DNA from: Betaproteobacteria bacterium
Lineage (GTDB): Bacteria; Pseudomonadota; Gammaproteobacteria; Burkholderiales; Rhodocyclaceae
Length of the DNA: 64,000 nucleotides
Assembly: GCA_016720065.1 (NCBI GenBank)
Contig: JADJXY010000002.1
Span: 2,520,316-2,584,315, forward strand
Direction of reading: 5' to 3'
Shown piece after piece: positions 51,006 to 62,945 of the stretch. The position numbers were made by a program, and so were the translations under genes. How positions within the stretch are numbered: the stretch's first letter is position 1; each line of letters opens with the position of its first letter. The notes beneath the pieces were generated by a model. It worked only from the letters and a program-made list of their open reading frames with translations. It was not told the origin of the DNA and did not search any database.

Positions 51006-51371
51006 ATGCCGGTCAAGCGAATTCTGGTGGTCGACGACTCGCCCACGGAACGATTCTTCATCGTCGATCTTCTGACCAAGAACGGCTACCAGGTCAGCAT
51101 TGCCGAAAATGGCGAGGAAGGGATCGCCAAGGCCAAGGCGGAAAAACCCGACCTCATCCTCATGGACGTGGTCATGCCGGGCCTCAACGGCTACCAGGCC
51201 ACCCGCACCCTCACCCGCGACGACGAGACCAAGGGCATCCCCGTCATCGTCTGCACCACCAAGGGACAGGAGACCGACAAGATCTGGGGTCTGCGCCAGG
51301 GTGCCCTGGATTATCTGGTCAAGCCCCTCAACGCCGACGAACTGCTGAAGAAGATCGCGGCCCTGCCCTGA
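51006..51371 (+). CDS. pilH: Twitching-motility response regulator PilH (CheY-like)
   Basis: 121-aa receiver domain (ILVVDDSPTER...DLILMDVVMPGLNGYQATR) directly after pilG. Confidence 0.85.
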   Translation: MPVKRILVVDDSPTERFFIVDLLTKNGYQVSIAENGEEGIAKAKAEKPDLILMDVVMPGLNGYQATRTLTRDDETKGIPVIVCTTKGQETDKIWGLRQGALDYLVKPLNADELLKKIAALP

Positions 51372-51502
51372 GGGGCTTGAAGGAGACCCCCCCGAGTCAT
51401 GAGCATTGCAGTCATTCCCGCCCTCTCTCCCCCGACCCCTCACCCGCGCTGCGGGCGAGGAGGGGCCGATTCCGGCGCCGTGCGTCTGACCTGCTGATAT
51501 CC

Positions 51503-52015
51503 ATGGCCCGTAAAACCAGCCTTCGGGAATTTCAGGAGTACCTGGCCGGGCGCCTGACCAGCGCCGCCAAGGGCAAGGGTGGGGCGTCGCTGCTCGGGAT
51601 TCGGGCCGGTGCCGAGGACTGGCTGCTCGACCTCGCCGACTCCGGCGAGGTCGTCCAGATGCCGAAGCTCACCCCGGTCCCGCTCACCTGCCGCTCCTTC
51701 GCCGGACTAGCCAATATCCGGGGCAGTCTCTATTCGGTGACGGATTTTTCCCTGTTCCGCGGCGGCGATCCCACACCGCAGAATGCCAACAGCCGACTGG
51801 TCCTGGTCGGCGTCAAGCACGGCTCCAACGCGGCGATTCTGGTCGGGCGCATGCTGGGCCTCAAGAATTTGGACGATTTCACGCCCGCCGAGGCGGAGCC
51901 TGGAGCGCCCTCCTGGGCGGCCCAGCGCTTCCATGACGGCAACGGCAAGCTCTGGCGCAAGCTCTCCGTCCGCGACCTGCTGGGCGACGAGAATTTCATG
52001 AACGTAGGCGTCTGA
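51503..52015 (+). CDS. pilI: CheW-like coupling protein PilI
   Basis: CheW-domain protein between pilH and pilJ. Start at ATG 51503; upstream in-frame extension rejected. Confidence 0.8.
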   Translation: MARKTSLREFQEYLAGRLTSAAKGKGGASLLGIRAGAEDWLLDLADSGEVVQMPKLTPVPLTCRSFAGLANIRGSLYSVTDFSLFRGGDPTPQNANSRLVLVGVKHGSNAAILVGRMLGLKNLDDFTPAEAEPGAPSWAAQRFHDGNGKLWRKLSVRDLLGDENFMNVGV

Positions 52016-52049
52016 GTACACACACCAAGCGTTACAGCGGAGGAAGACG

Positions 52050-54218
52050 ATGGCTTTCAGCTTCAAATTGCCGACCCTGGGCCGGGGCAACACCAACCCC
52101 CCTACCGAGCAGATGACCGTCTCGGAGGTGATGGGCGCCGGTGCAGGCCGCCGTGGCGCAGCCAGGGGGATTCCCCTGCCCGGCTTCCTCGCCGACAGAC
52201 CGGTGGCCCAGCAGATCAAGATACTCGGCGGCGTCTTCGTCGCCACGCTGCTGGCCATCATCGTTCTGGTTCTTCTGGACAACAACCGCGCGGCCAACGG
52301 CACAGCCTACGTGACCGCCGCCGGCGAAATGCGCATGCTGTCCCAGCGGCTGGCCAAGGCCTCGTCCCTGGCCCTGCAGGGCAACCCCGCGGCCTTTGCC
52401 CAGTTGAAGGACTCCAAGGACACTTTCGCCACCCTGCTGGATCGCCTGAGCAACGGGGGCACCATCGGCGAAACCAGCGTTCCGGCGTCGCCGGGTTCCG
52501 TCCAGACCGAAATCCAGGCCCTGGCAGCCCTTTGGGGCGAGACCGAGAAAAACGCCACCGCGGTGATCGCCCAGGAAAAGAACCTGATCAATCTGGGCAA
52601 GGACGTGGCGACCATCGACGCCAAGAATCCGCAACTGCTGGACATTTCCGAACAGGTCGCCGCCCTCAAGCTGCAGAACGCCACGGGCGCCCGGGAAATC
52701 GCCGCGGCGAACCAGCTCGTGATGCTCACGCAACGCATCGCCAAGAACGCCTCCGCCATGTTGGTGGGCGACGTGATCAACCCGGAAGTGGCCTTCCTTC
52801 TCGGCAAGGACACCAACGCCTTCCGCGACCTGCTGGCCGGGCTCCAGAAGGGCAGCGAGTCCCTGCGCCTTTCCGCGGCCAACGACGCCGACACCAAGGA
52901 AAAGCTTGCCGCCCTGGAAGCCGCCTTCAAGGATTACCAGGGTGCGGTCGGCAACATCCTGGGCAATATGCAGCCCCTGGTCCTCTCCAAGCAGGCCGGC
53001 TCGCGCATCTTCCGCGAGAGCGACGACCTCCTCAAGGCGACCGACGCCCTGGCCGAGGGCTATCAGCGCGACCTGTCGTCCCGTGGGATGTACCTTTCCT
53101 TCCTCGTCGTCCTTGTGGTGCTCGCCCTGGCCAGCCTTTATTTCCTCGCCCGGGCCTACCTCGCCGATACCGAGCACCGGGCCGACCAAGCCGAGCGCCA
53201 GCGTCAGTCGTCGGAACAGATGAACCACGACAACCAGGAAGCCATCCTGCGCCTCATGAACGAACTGGGCGACCTGGCGGACGGCGACCTCACCGTCACC
53301 GCCACCGTGAGCGAGAACATCACCGGCGCCATCGCCGACTCGATCAACTACACCATCGAGGAACTGCGCGTCCTGGTCGGCCGGATCAACGACGCCGCCA
53401 CCCGGGTGACGGCCGCCACCGAAATCGCCCGCCGCACCTCGAACGAACTGCTCTCCGCCGCCGAACAGCAATCCAAGGAAATTCAGGAAGCCGGCGACTC
53501 GGCGCTGTCCATGGCGCGCTCCATGAACGAAGTGTCCGGCAACGCCGGGCAGTCGGCCCAGGTGGCCCGGCAATCGCTCTCCGCTGCGGAAAAGGGTGCC
53601 GTTGCCGTGCAGGACTCCATCAAGGGCATGAACGAAATCCGCGAGCAAATCCAGGAAACCTCGAAGCGCATCAAGCGCCTGGGTGAATCGTCGCAGGAGA
53701 TCGGTGAAATCGTGGAACTGATTTCCGACATTACCGAACAGACCAACGTGCTGGCCTTGAACGCCGCCATCCAGGCCGCCTCCGCCGGTGAGGCGGGACG
53801 GGGCTTCACGGTGGTGGCTGAAGAAGTGCAGCGCCTGGCCGAACGCTCGGCCGAGGCGACGAAGCAGATCGCAGCCATCGTCAAGACCATTCAGACCGAC
53901 ACCCAGGACGCCGTTTCCGCCATGGAGCAATCGACCCAGGGCGTGGTCGAAGGAGCCAAACTTTCCGACGCTGCCGGTCAGGCCCTGGCGGAAATTGGCG
54001 AGGTTTCGCGCAACCTTGCCGGCCTGATCGAAAGCATTTCGTCCTCGACCCAACAACAGGCCGATTCCGCCACCAGCGTTGCACGCCGCATGCAGGACAT
54101 CCTGCGCGTCACCGAGCAGACCACCGCCGGTACGCAGAAAACCGCCGAAGCGGTAGACGAACTCACCAGCCTGGCCCACGAACTCAAGGGCTCCGTCGCC
54201 GGCTTCAAGGTGGACTGA
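52050..54218 (+). CDS. pilJ: Methyl-accepting chemotaxis protein PilJ
   Basis: 722 aa; N-terminal TM + PilJ-type periplasmic domain + second TM, HAMP, MCP signalling domain (…[34 protein letters not shown]…). Confidence 0.85.
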   Translation: MAFSFKLPTLGRGNTNPPTEQMTVSEVMGAGAGRRGAARGIPLPGFLADRPVAQQIKILGGVFVATLLAIIVLVLLDNNRAANGTAYVTAAGEMRMLSQRLAKASSLALQGNPAAFAQLKDSKDTFATLLDRLSNGGTIGETSVPASPGSVQTEIQALAALWGETEKNATAVIAQEKNLINLGKDVATIDAKNPQLLDISEQVAALKLQNATGAREIAAANQLVMLTQRIAKNASAMLVGDVINPEVAFLLGKDTNAFRDLLAGLQKGSESLRLSAANDADTKEKLAALEAAFKDYQGAVGNILGNMQPLVLSKQAGSRIFRESDDLLKATDALAEGYQRDLSSRGMYLSFLVVLVVLALASLYFLARAYLADTEHRADQAERQRQSSEQMNHDNQEAILRLMNELGDLADGDLTVTATVSENITGAIADSINYTIEELRVLVGRINDAATRVTAATEIARRTSNELLSAAEQQSKEIQEAGDSALSMARSMNEVSGNAGQSAQVARQSLSAAEKGAVAVQDSIKGMNEIREQIQETSKRIKRLGESSQEIGEIVELISDITEQTNVLALNAAIQAASAGEAGRGFTVVAEEVQRLAERSAEATKQIAAIVKTIQTDTQDAVSAMEQSTQGVVEGAKLSDAAGQALAEIGEVSRNLAGLIESISSSTQQQADSATSVARRMQDILRVTEQTTAGTQKTAEAVDELTSLAHELKGSVAGFKVD

Positions 54219-54236
54219 ACCGGGATCTGAACCCCT

Positions 54237-57200
54237 ATGAACGCTGCCACAGAATTCGACCTGGGCCCCCTGACCTGGGTCAAGGGCGAAATCGATCTCG
54301 CCCTCGAGCGGGCCGACGAAGCGCTGCGCCAGTACGGCAGCACTGGCGACGGAACCCAGTTGAAATATTGCCGCACCCATGTACACCAGGTGCATGGCGC
54401 GCTGGCCATCGTCGGGCTGGACGGAGTCACCCAGGTCACTGAATCCCTGGAGGGCCTGCTTCAGGGCATCGAGGAAGGCAGCCTCACCCCGTCGGCCGAA
54501 CGCACCGCCGCCGTCTCCGCAGCCACCACGGCCCTGCGGCAATACCTGGACGATCTCCTGGCCGGGGAACCGAATCAACCCCTGCGTCTGCTCCCGGTCT
54601 ACCGCAAGTTGGCCGAGGCCCGCGGACAAGCCGCGGCCCGGGCCACGGACCTCTTCCATCCCGACCTGTCGGCCCGGCCCCCCAAGCGTGCCGCCGGCGC
54701 CAAGCTGACCCCGGAAGAACTCACCAAGCTGATCAGATCCGAGCGCACCCGTTTCCAAAAGGGCCTGCTCACCTGGCTGCGCAACCCGGCCGCCGCGGCC
54801 TCCGGTCTCGAGCAGATGCGCCAGGCCCTCAACACCATCGAAGCGACCCAGGAGACACCGGCCCATCGTGCCTTCTGGTGGGTATCGGTGGCCTTCCTCG
54901 AAGCCCTGGCCGACGGTGCTGTCGCCTCCGAAATGGAGGCCCGCCAGCTCTGCGGCCGCATCGACCTCCAGATCCGTCGTCTCCTCGAAGGCTCGCGCAA
55001 TGTCGCCGAACGCCTCATGCGCGACGCCCTCTATTACGTCGCCAAGGCCCCTGCGGAGAACGGCGACGTCGCCCGCGCCGTGCGTTCCGGCTTTGGCCTG
55101 GACAGCCTCGTGCCCGCGGCAGAGATGTCCTCGGCCGCCGCGCCCCAGGAAGCCCATTTGCGCAAGCTGCGGGAATCCATCATCGCCGCCGAAGAAGCCT
55201 GGAACAAATTCTGCGCCGGCAGCGCGGGAATGCTGGCTCCCTTCGCCGAATCCTCGCGCCAGGCAGCGACCCTCACGGCAGAAGTCGGCCACACCGATTT
55301 GAAGCGCCTCGGCCAAGGGCTCGCCGCCATCGCCAACTGGCTGGCGGAAGACCCCAAGCGCCATGGCGAAGGCGTTGCCATGGAGGTGGCGACCGCCATC
55401 CTGCTGTTGCAGAACGCCCAGGAAAACTTCCGCCGCCTGGGAACCGATTTCGCCCAGCAGGTCGACCTCATGGTCGCCCGGCTCCACGCCTGCATCGCCG
55501 GCCGCCCGGCCGATACGGACGAAGCGATTCCGCTCCTCGACGAAATGACTCGCCGGGCCCAGGAAAAACTCCTGATCGCCCAGGTCGCCCGGGAAATCCA
55601 GAGCAATCTGGCCCAGATCGAACAGGCCCTGGACACCTTCTTCCGCGCCCCCGACAGCGGCGCCGGTCTTGCCGCCCTGGACAACCCCCTGAACCAGGTT
55701 TATGGCGCCCTGACCATCCTGGGCCACGACGGCGCGCTGGAGACACTCTCCCGCTGCCGTGCCCAGATCGAGCACTTCGCGGCCCCCGACTACCAGGCCA
55801 ATCAGTCCGATTTCGAGGCGGTGGCCGAAGAACTCTCGATGCTGGGTTTCTTCATCGATTCCCTGCAACACGGAGCGGCCGATTACGGACAGTTCATCCG
55901 CAAATTGCTGGGCGAATCCGCGGCGGCCCAGGAAGAGTCCGAAAGCGCAGCGGACGACGACACGGCCCCGGCCCCCTCGGTCGAGCAACAACTGGAACAG
56001 CAGCGCAAGGATGCCCAGGCGCTCATGGTGGCCCTGCGCGACGCCCCCGCCGACGCCCAGTTGCGGGACGAACTCAAGCAGAACCTGCAAGCCATCCAGA
56101 AGGATGCCGACCTGGTGGCGGATCACCAGTTGGGCGAAACCGCCAAGGCGGCCCTCTCGGCTCTGGAAACCGGCACCTTCGACCCGGTCGCCACCAATTT
56201 GCGCCCCACGGCGGCCGAAGCGCCCGCCCCGTCGGCCGAAACACTCCAGCTCGCCCAGTCCAGCCACGAGGAAATCGACGCCGAACTCCTGGACATCTTC
56301 CTCGAAGAAGCCAAGGAGGTGCTGCTCACCATGGCAGGGCAGTACGAGGCCCTGGAGTCCAACCCCCACGATGGCGAAGCTCTGACCACCCTGCGCCGCT
56401 CTTCCCACACCCTCAAAGGCAGTGGCCGCATGGTGGGTTTGAAGGATCTGGGCGAAGCCGCCTGGGCCATCGAGCAGACACTCAATCTCTGGTTGCGTCA
56501 GGAACTGCCGGTCACGCCGGACCTCCTCAGCCTGTTGCAGCAGAGTTGCGAAGTCTTCGGCGCCTGGGTGGGCCACCTGGAAAATCCCTCCGTCCCGGCC
56601 CCCGACCCGCGCGCCATGGTCGCCCTTGCCGAGCGCCTGCGGGACTCCGGCGACACGGCGGCGGCCCCGACACCCTCGCCTTCGCCTGCGAGCGCCCAGG
56701 TCATCCAGCTTCCCACCGCCAGCGCCCCCATTCCGGCACCGTCCGAGATCGTCGACATCCCGGACATCGAACCCCTTGAGCCCATCGAGGCCAATTTCAA
56801 CGACATCGTCCCCGAACTGGGCACGGCCTCGAATCTGGCCATGGAATTCTCCCTGGACGCCGTGGACACCGCAGCCGTTGAAGGCAGCGACGCCTACGAC
56901 CCGGCGGCGACCCAGGTCAATCCGAACCTCCCTCCGAGCCCGGCCGCCTCAGTGCCCGGTTTCGAAGACCTGGGCGCCTTCGTGGGGGCCGACACCCTGG
57001 TCTCCCCCTTCTTCGCCCGGGAGCACGAGGAATTCGCCCCTCCGCCGGAGGAGCCCTTGGTCGCGCCGCAGCCCGCCCTGCCCCTCGCACCGGAGCCCCC
57101 CCCGGCCCGGCAGGAGGCCCCTCCTGAACCGGAGCCGCCGCCCCGCGCCGAGGCGCCCGCGCCTGCCCCCTCCTTTGAGGATATGGGGAGCTTCGTTGGT

Positions 57201-60200
57201 GCCGAAACCCTGGTCGCACCTTTCTTTGGCCGCGAGAGCGAAGAATTCGCGCCTCCGCCCGAAACGCCGATCTTTGCGCCCCCGCCCTTCGCAGCGCCCA
57301 GCGAAGGCCCCGCTGCGCCCGCCGAGGCCCCGGTGCTCGCCACTCCCGACGCGCGTCCGGAGCCTCCCGCCCCGGCGCCGACGCCTCCTGCTGATCCCTT
57401 CGACGACCTGGGCGCCTTCGTCGGTGCCGACACCCAGGTTGCCCCCTTCTTCGCCGCCGAGTCCCCAGAGGAGGTGCGCCCCGGGGCGCACATCTTTCCC
57501 GATACTCTCGAGACCGCTGAAGAAGACACCGGACTGACGGCCACCCTGGTCGAGCCGGTCATGGCCGACCAGGACGAAGCGCCCCCGACAGGCGAACCCG
57601 AAGCCGGCCGGCTGCCCGACACCGTCGTCGAGCCGGCCGCCTTCGGCCTCGGCCACGCGGAGGTGGAAGTTGCCTTCGCAGCCGAGCCCGAGATCCCGCC
57701 GGCGGCCTGCGCAACTGCCTCTTCCGGGGGTCCCTTCGACGCCGAAAGCACCTGGTTCGCCTCCCCCCCCGGGGATGAAGTGGCCCCGGCAGCAGAAGCC
57801 GAGGGAGGCCACCTGGCCGAAACCGTCGTCGATCCCGGGGCCTTTTCCTTCGACGAGTCGAGTTTCGCGGTTTCCTTCGAACCCGAGCCGGCCCCCGAAC
57901 CCGAGCCGCCCCCCGAGCCCGTCCCAGCCCTCTCCGCCGCAGCACCAGCGGAGCCCGAACCGCTGACCGTCTGCCCATCACCGGCGGGCGACGATGCCCC
58001 GCCGGCCCCGGAGGCCGCACCGGAAGCCCCGCCCCCCACCCTGTTCGATATTTTCCGGGAGGAAGCCCGGGGGCATCTCGACACCCTGCACGCCAGCCTC
58101 GCGGATTTGGCTGCCCATCCCTCTGCCCCGACCACCTTCGAGATGACCCGGGCCGCCCACACCTTGGGCGGCATTGCCGCCACGGTCGGCCTGCATCCCA
58201 TCCACCATCTGGCCGTCGCCCTGGAGCATGCCCTCCTGCGGCGCGACACCAGCGCCCGCCCCGACAGCATCGCGGGCCTGGAGACCGTGCGGCAGGCGAT
58301 CCTGGGCCTGGAGGACATGTTTGGCACCCTGGGCGACGAGCGGGGTCCCGCGCCGCTGCCCACCGTCGTTCAGGCCCTGGACGAGATATTCCCGCCCCCT
58401 GGACCCGCGCCCGAGCCTCCTGCCGCCGAGGAAGCCGCCGAGCCTCTGGCCGAAATCCCGCCCGAGGCTGTCGCTTTGCCGAGCGAGTCCGTCGAGGAAG
58501 CCGCAGCTCCGGCGCCGGAGCTGGAAATGCCCCGGCTCAAGGACGAACTCGACGACCAGTTGCTGCCCATCTTCCTCGAGGAAGCCCAGGAACTGGTGCG
58601 CGGCTTCAATGAGCAGATCGCCGCCTGGCGTGGCCAGCCGGGAGACGGCGCGGCGCCGCGGGCGCTGGCCCGCCATCTCCATACCTTCAAGGGCAGCGCC
58701 CGCATGGCCGGCGCCATGAACCTGGGCGAACTGACCCACCGCCTGGAGACCCGGGTGGAGGAAATCCTGCGGGGTGGAAGCGGCAGTCCGGCCCAGATCG
58801 ATGAAGTCGAAGGCGGTTGCGACACCCTGGTTCTCTTCCTCGACCGTCTCCAGGGCGGGGAACTGCCCGTGCTCTTCCCGGAGGCGGCGCCGGTGGCTGC
58901 GGTGGAGCAGGCCGCTCCCGCCGCCCCGGCCGCAGAAGTTGCTCAAAGAGTCGCGGCGACGACCGTGGCGGTCAAGGACGCTCCCCATCCCGAGGGAGAG
59001 CACGAGGCCGCCGACCGGCGTGCCACCCTGCGGGTCCGGGCCGAGCTGGTGGACCGGCTGGTTAACGAAGCCGGCGAACTGTCCATCGCCCGGGCGCGCA
59101 TCGAAGGCGAAATGCGCGGCCTCAAGTCCTCGCTCCTGGACCTGACCGAAAACGTCATTCGTTTGCGGCGGCAGTTGCGCGACATCGAGATCCAGGCGGA
59201 AACGCAAATCCAGGCCCGGGTTGCCCAGGCCCACGACGGCCAGGCCGAATTCGACCCCCTGGAACTCGACCGCTTCACCCGCTTCCAGGAACTCACCCGC
59301 TTCATGGCCGAATCGGTCAATGACGTGGCGACGGTGCAGCAGAACCTGCTCAAGAACCTGGACGACGCCAACGCCGCCCTGCTCGCCCAGGCCCGCCTCA
59401 ACCGGGGCCTGCAACAGGAACTGATGGGCGTGCGCATGCTGCCCTTCGCCAGCCAGGCGGAGCGGCTCTACCGCATCGTGCGACAGACCTCCAAGGAACT
59501 CGGCAAGAGGGCCAACCTGGACATCCGGGGCGGTCAGGTGGAAATCGACCGCTCCGTCCTGGACAAGATGCTCGCTCCCCTGGAGCACATGCTGCGCAAC
59601 GCGGTCACCCACGGCATCGAGACCCGTGCCGAACGCAGCGACCAGGGCAAGGGGGACATCGGCGAAATCACCCTGGCGCTGCGCCAGGAAGGCAACGAAA
59701 TCATCATCGCCATGAGCGACGACGGCCGTGGCCTGGACGCCGGGCGTATCCGTGCCAAGGCGGAATCCCTGGGTTTCCTGACCCCGGGAGAGGAGGCCGA
59801 CGACGCCCGCGTGTTCGACTTCATCTTCCAGCCCGGTTTCTCCACCGCCGGCGAGGTGACCCAGATCGCCGGCCGCGGGGTCGGCATGGACGTGGTCAAG
59901 ACCGAAGTCGCCAGCCTGGGCGGCCGCATCGAAATTGCCACGACACCGGGCCAGGGGACGACCTTCCGTCTCTACCTGCCCCTCACCCTGGCGGTAACTC
60001 AGACCCTGCTGGTACGCACAGGCAGCAGCCTCTACGCCGTGCCCTCGACCATGATCGAGCAGGTTCTGGAAATGAAGGAAAAGGATCTGGCCGCCCTGCG
60101 CGACAAGGGTGAGGCCGAGTGGCATGGCAACCGCTACCCCTTCCATTTCCTGCCCCATCTGCTGGGCGAATCCGGCGCCCTGCCGGAAAGCCATCGCCGC

Positions 60201-60833
60201 TACTGGGTCATCCTGACCCGCTCCGGCGCCCAGCGTGCCGCCGTACAGGTGGACGAGTTGAAGGGCAACCAGGAAGTCGTGGTCAAGCACATCGGCGCCC
60301 AACTCGCCCGGGTGGTCGGCATCGACGGGGCCACGGTGTTGGGTGACGGTCAGGTGGTGCTCATTCTCAATCCGGTAGCCCTGGCCAACCGCGCCCTGAG
60401 TCTCAGCCTCCCGGCAGGAACCCCGGTCTCCGCAGCCCCCGTCGCCGCGGCACCGACCACCCTGCCTACCGTGCTGGTAGTCGACGATTCCCTCACCGTG
60501 CGCAAGATCACCGGCCGCCTGCTGGCCCGCGAGGGCTATCAGGTGGTCACCGCCAAGGATGGCGTCGATGCCCTTGAGCAACTGCAGGAGATCGTGCCGG
60601 ACGTGATCCTGTCAGATATCGAAATGCCCCGCATGGATGGCTTCGAACTGGTGCGCAACATTCGCGCCGACGCCCAGTGGAAGACGGTGCCCATCATCAT
60701 GATCACCTCCCGCACGGCAGACAAACACCGCAACTACGCCCAGGAGATTGGCGCTGACCACTACCTGGGCAAGCCCTACGACGAAGAGGAACTGCTCGGC
60801 CTCATCGCCCGCTACACCCGCGCCCCGCGCTGA
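54237..60833 (+). CDS. chpA: Hybrid CheA-like histidine kinase ChpA (multiple Hpt domains, HATPase, CheW-like domain, C-terminal receiver)
   Basis: 2198 aa; several Hpt motifs (HTLKGSGRMVG, HTLGGIAATVG, HTFKGSARMAG), CheA kinase core, C-terminal CheY-like domain (VLVVDDSLTVRK...DIEMPRMDG); large Pro/Ala/Glu-rich repetitive middle region. Confidence 0.85.
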   Translation: MNAATEFDLGPLTWVKGEIDLALERADEALRQYGSTGDGTQLKYCRTHVHQVHGALAIVGLDGVTQVTESLEGLLQGIEEGSLTPSAERTAAVSAATTALRQYLDDLLAGEPNQPLRLLPVYRKLAEARGQAAARATDLFHPDLSARPPKRAAGAKLTPEELTKLIRSERTRFQKGLLTWLRNPAAAASGLEQMRQALNTIEATQETPAHRAFWWVSVAFLEALADGAVASEMEARQLCGRIDLQIRRLLEGSRNVAERLMRDALYYVAKAPAENGDVARAVRSGFGLDSLVPAAEMSSAAAPQEAHLRKLRESIIAAEEAWNKFCAGSAGMLAPFAESSRQAATLTAEVGHTDLKRLGQGLAAIANWLAEDPKRHGEGVAMEVATAILLLQNAQENFRRLGTDFAQQVDLMVARLHACIAGRPADTDEAIPLLDEMTRRAQEKLLIAQVAREIQSNLAQIEQALDTFFRAPDSGAGLAALDNPLNQVYGALTILGHDGALETLSRCRAQIEHFAAPDYQANQSDFEAVAEELSMLGFFIDSLQHGAADYGQFIRKLLGESAAAQEESESAADDDTAPAPSVEQQLEQQRKDAQALMVALRDAPADAQLRDELKQNLQAIQKDADLVADHQLGETAKAALSALETGTFDPVATNLRPTAAEAPAPSAETLQLAQSSHEEIDAELLDIFLEEAKEVLLTMAGQYEALESNPHDGEALTTLRRSSHTLKGSGRMVGLKDLGEAAWAIEQTLNLWLRQELPVTPDLLSLLQQSCEVFGAWVGHLENPSVPAPDPRAMVALAERLRDSGDTAAAPTPSPSPASAQVIQLPTASAPIPAPSEIVDIPDIEPLEPIEANFNDIVPELGTASNLAMEFSLDAVDTAAVEGSDAYDPAATQVNPNLPPSPAASVPGFEDLGAFVGADTLVSPFFAREHEEFAPPPEEPLVAPQPALPLAPEPPPARQEAPPEPEPPPRAEAPAPAPSFEDMGSFVGAETLVAPFFGRESEEFAPPPETPIFAPPPFAAPSEGPAAPAEAPVLATPDARPEPPAPAPTPPADPFDDLGAFVGADTQVAPFFAAESPEEVRPGAHIFPDTLETAEEDTGLTATLVEPVMADQDEAPPTGEPEAGRLPDTVVEPAAFGLGHAEVEVAFAAEPEIPPAACATASSGGPFDAESTWFASPPGDEVAPAAEAEGGHLAETVVDPGAFSFDESSFAVSFEPEPAPEPEPPPEPVPALSAAAPAEPEPLTVCPSPAGDDAPPAPEAAPEAPPPTLFDIFREEARGHLDTLHASLADLAAHPSAPTTFEMTRAAHTLGGIAATVGLHPIHHLAVALEHALLRRDTSARPDSIAGLETVRQAILGLEDMFGTLGDERGPAPLPTVVQALDEIFPPPGPAPEPPAAEEAAEPLAEIPPEAVALPSESVEEAAAPAPELEMPRLKDELDDQLLPIFLEEAQELVRGFNEQIAAWRGQPGDGAAPRALARHLHTFKGSARMAGAMNLGELTHRLETRVEEILRGGSGSPAQIDEVEGGCDTLVLFLDRLQGGELPVLFPEAAPVAAVEQAAPAAPAAEVAQRVAATTVAVKDAPHPEGEHEAADRRATLRVRAELVDRLVNEAGELSIARARIEGEMRGLKSSLLDLTENVIRLRRQLRDIEIQAETQIQARVAQAHDGQAEFDPLELDRFTRFQELTRFMAESVNDVATVQQNLLKNLDDANAALLAQARLNRGLQQELMGVRMLPFASQAERLYRIVRQTSKELGKRANLDIRGGQVEIDRSVLDKMLAPLEHMLRNAVTHGIETRAERSDQGKGDIGEITLALRQEGNEIIIAMSDDGRGLDAGRIRAKAESLGFLTPGEEADDARVFDFIFQPGFSTAGEVTQIAGRGVGMDVVKTEVASLGGRIEIATTPGQGTTFRLYLPLTLAVTQTLLVRTGSSLYAVPSTMIEQVLEMKEKDLAALRDKGEAEWHGNRYPFHFLPHLLGESGALPESHRRYWVILTRSGAQRAAVQVDELKGNQEVVVKHIGAQLARVVGIDGATVLGDGQVVLILNPVALANRALSLSLPAGTPVSAAPVAAAPTTLPTVLVVDDSLTVRKITGRLLAREGYQVVTAKDGVDALEQLQEIVPDVILSDIEMPRMDGFELVRNIRADAQWKTVPIIMITSRTADKHRNYAQEIGADHYLGKPYDEEELLGLIARYTRAPR

Positions 60834-60844
60834 TTCTCAGGCGT

Positions 60845-62260
60845 TCAGACGCCCTGGTAGCGGGCCAGGGTGCGCAGGCGGGCAGCCGCGTGGTCCACCA
60901 GGGGGAGCGGGTAATCCCGCCCGATGGTCACCCCGGCGGCTGCCTGCTCCGCAGGCGACATGCGCCAAGGCGCGTGCAGATGGCGCAGGGGCACCCGCTC
61001 TAGTTCCGGCACGTAACGGCGGATGAAACGTCCCTCGGGGTCGAAGCGCTGCGACTGGGTCACCGGATTGAAGATGCGGAACCAGGGCTGCGCGTCGCAG
61101 CCCGTGGACGCCGCCCACTGCCAGCCGCCGTTGTTGGCGGCCAGATCGAAGTCGTTCAGGCTGGCGGCGAAGTGCGCCTCACCCAGGCGCCAGTCGAGTC
61201 CCAGGGTCTTGCATAGAAAGGAAGCCGTCACCATGCGCAGGCGGTTGTGCTGGTAGCCGCTGCGAGCCAACTGCCGCATGCCGGCGTCCACCAGGGGGTA
61301 GCCGGTGCGACCCGCCTTCCACGCCTCGAACCCCTGCGGCCAGTCGTCCCAGACCAGACGGTCGAATTCGGGCCGGAAGGCGCCACGCGCGGCGTGGGGA
61401 AAATGGTCGAGGATCATGAAGAAGAAATCCCGCCAGGCCAGTTCCCGCAGCCAGGTTTCCGCCCCCCCGCCGCCCGCGCCGAGGGCAGCGGTGGCCACCT
61501 CGCGTAGCGAGAGCGTGCCAAAGCGCAGATGGACCGACAGATAGGAGACTCCCTTTACGGCGGGAAAGTCCCGCGCCTCGGCGTAGCGCGCCAGGCGCGG
61601 ACGAAAGTCCTCCCAGGCCGCCCGGGCGCCGGACATGCCGCAACGGATGCCCAGGGCCGCCAGATCGGTGGTCACGAATCCGAGTTCGGCCAGCCCGGGG
61701 ATTCCTGCTGCCGCGGCGCTCCTCACCAGCCTGGGCTCGCCCCCGCAGAGTGCAAGGCCTTCTTGGGCCAGGCGTGCCCGCCAGACCCGTCCGTAGGGCG
61801 TGAAGACCGTGTAGGGCCGCCCGGCCTGGCTGAGAATCTCGTCGCCGTCGAAGAGCACCTGATCCTTGAAGTCGCGGAAGGCGATGCCGGAGCGGCACAA
61901 CTCCGCTGCCACCGCAGCATCGCGAGCCTTGGCCGCGGGCTCGTAGTCCCGGTTGGCGAACACGGCCGCCACACCCAGTTCCCGCGCCAGAAGGGGAATT
62001 TCCTCCTGCGCCCGCCCCTGGCGCACGATGAGGCCACCGCCCCGAGCGCGCAACGCGGCATCGAGTTCCACCAGGGAGTCGCGCAGGTAATGCACGCGCC
62101 GGTCGGTGCGTGAAGGCAGGGCATCGAGGATGTCCCGGTCGAACACGAAGGCGCAATGAACCTGCCCGGCCCCGGTCGCGGCCGCCAGGGCTGCGTGGTC
62201 GTAGTCGCGCAGGTCACGGCGGAACCAGACCAGAACCGATGTCAAAGTCTCAGGCTTCAC
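60845..62260 (-). CDS. phrB: Deoxyribodipyrimidine photolyase (FAD-dependent)
   Basis: 471 aa; N-terminal photolyase alpha/beta domain ([17 protein letters not shown]) and C-terminal FAD-binding domain (…[23 protein letters not shown]…WQWAAS…). Confidence 0.85.
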   Translation of the reverse strand: MKPETLTSVLVWFRRDLRDYDHAALAAATGAGQVHCAFVFDRDILDALPSRTDRRVHYLRDSLVELDAALRARGGGLIVRQGRAQEEIPLLARELGVAAVFANRDYEPAAKARDAAVAAELCRSGIAFRDFKDQVLFDGDEILSQAGRPYTVFTPYGRVWRARLAQEGLALCGGEPRLVRSAAAAGIPGLAELGFVTTDLAALGIRCGMSGARAAWEDFRPRLARYAEARDFPAVKGVSYLSVHLRFGTLSLREVATAALGAGGGGAETWLRELAWRDFFFMILDHFPHAARGAFRPEFDRLVWDDWPQGFEAWKAGRTGYPLVDAGMRQLARSGYQHNRLRMVTASFLCKTLGLDWRLGEAHFAASLNDFDLAANNGGWQWAASTGCDAQPWFRIFNPVTQSQRFDPEGRFIRRYVPELERVPLRHLHAPWRMSPAEQAAAGVTIGRDYPLPLVDHAAARLRTLARYQGV

Positions 62261-62371
62261 CGCCCGCCCCTCTCGCCACCCCGCAGCTCAAGTCCGCCAA
62301 AGCCTCCCTGGAACCAGCATTTCGCCATGATCTCGTGCCCGAATGAACAATCCCGGATTAGAATTCCCGCC

Positions 62372-62932
62372 ATGGATAGCGTCAATCTGACCGACAATTT
62401 CCTCATCGCCATGCCGGCGATGGAGGATCGCTACTTTGCCCACAGCCTCGTTTATATCTGCGAGCACAACGCCAACGGCGCCCTGGGCATTATCGTCAAT
62501 CGGCCCATCGACATGACCCTGGCCGGGCTGTTCGAGAAAATCGACCTTCCCTTCGGGCCGGACGACCTGGGGGACTCACCGGTGTACTTCGGCGGGCCGG
62601 TCCAGCTCGACCGCGGCTTCGTCCTGCACCGGCCCCTGGGGAGTTGGCAATCGACCCTGGCCGTCAATGAGGAAGTAGGGCTCACCAGTTCCCGTGACAT
62701 CCTGGCCCATGTGGGCAACGCCGGTCAGCCGCGGGAAATCATCGTCACCCTGGGCTACGCCGGTTGGGGCGCCGGCCAGCTTGAGGACGAACTGGCCAAG
62801 AACGCCTGGCTGACGGTAGCCGCCCGTTCATCCATTCTTTTCGACCTGCCCCCCGAGGAACGCCTGCCGGCGGCCATGCAGAACCTGGGCGTCAGCTTCT
62901 CGCAGCTTTCCGACGTCGCGGGTCACGCCTAG
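62372..62932 (+). CDS. yqgE: YqgE/AlgH family protein (UPF0301)
   Basis: [45 protein letters not shown]... is the canonical YqgE N-terminus; upstream extension rejected. Confidence 0.85.
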   Translation: MDSVNLTDNFLIAMPAMEDRYFAHSLVYICEHNANGALGIIVNRPIDMTLAGLFEKIDLPFGPDDLGDSPVYFGGPVQLDRGFVLHRPLGSWQSTLAVNEEVGLTSSRDILAHVGNAGQPREIIVTLGYAGWGAGQLEDELAKNAWLTVAARSSILFDLPPEERLPAAMQNLGVSFSQLSDVAGHA

Positions 62933-62945
62933 CTGTGAGTCAGAT

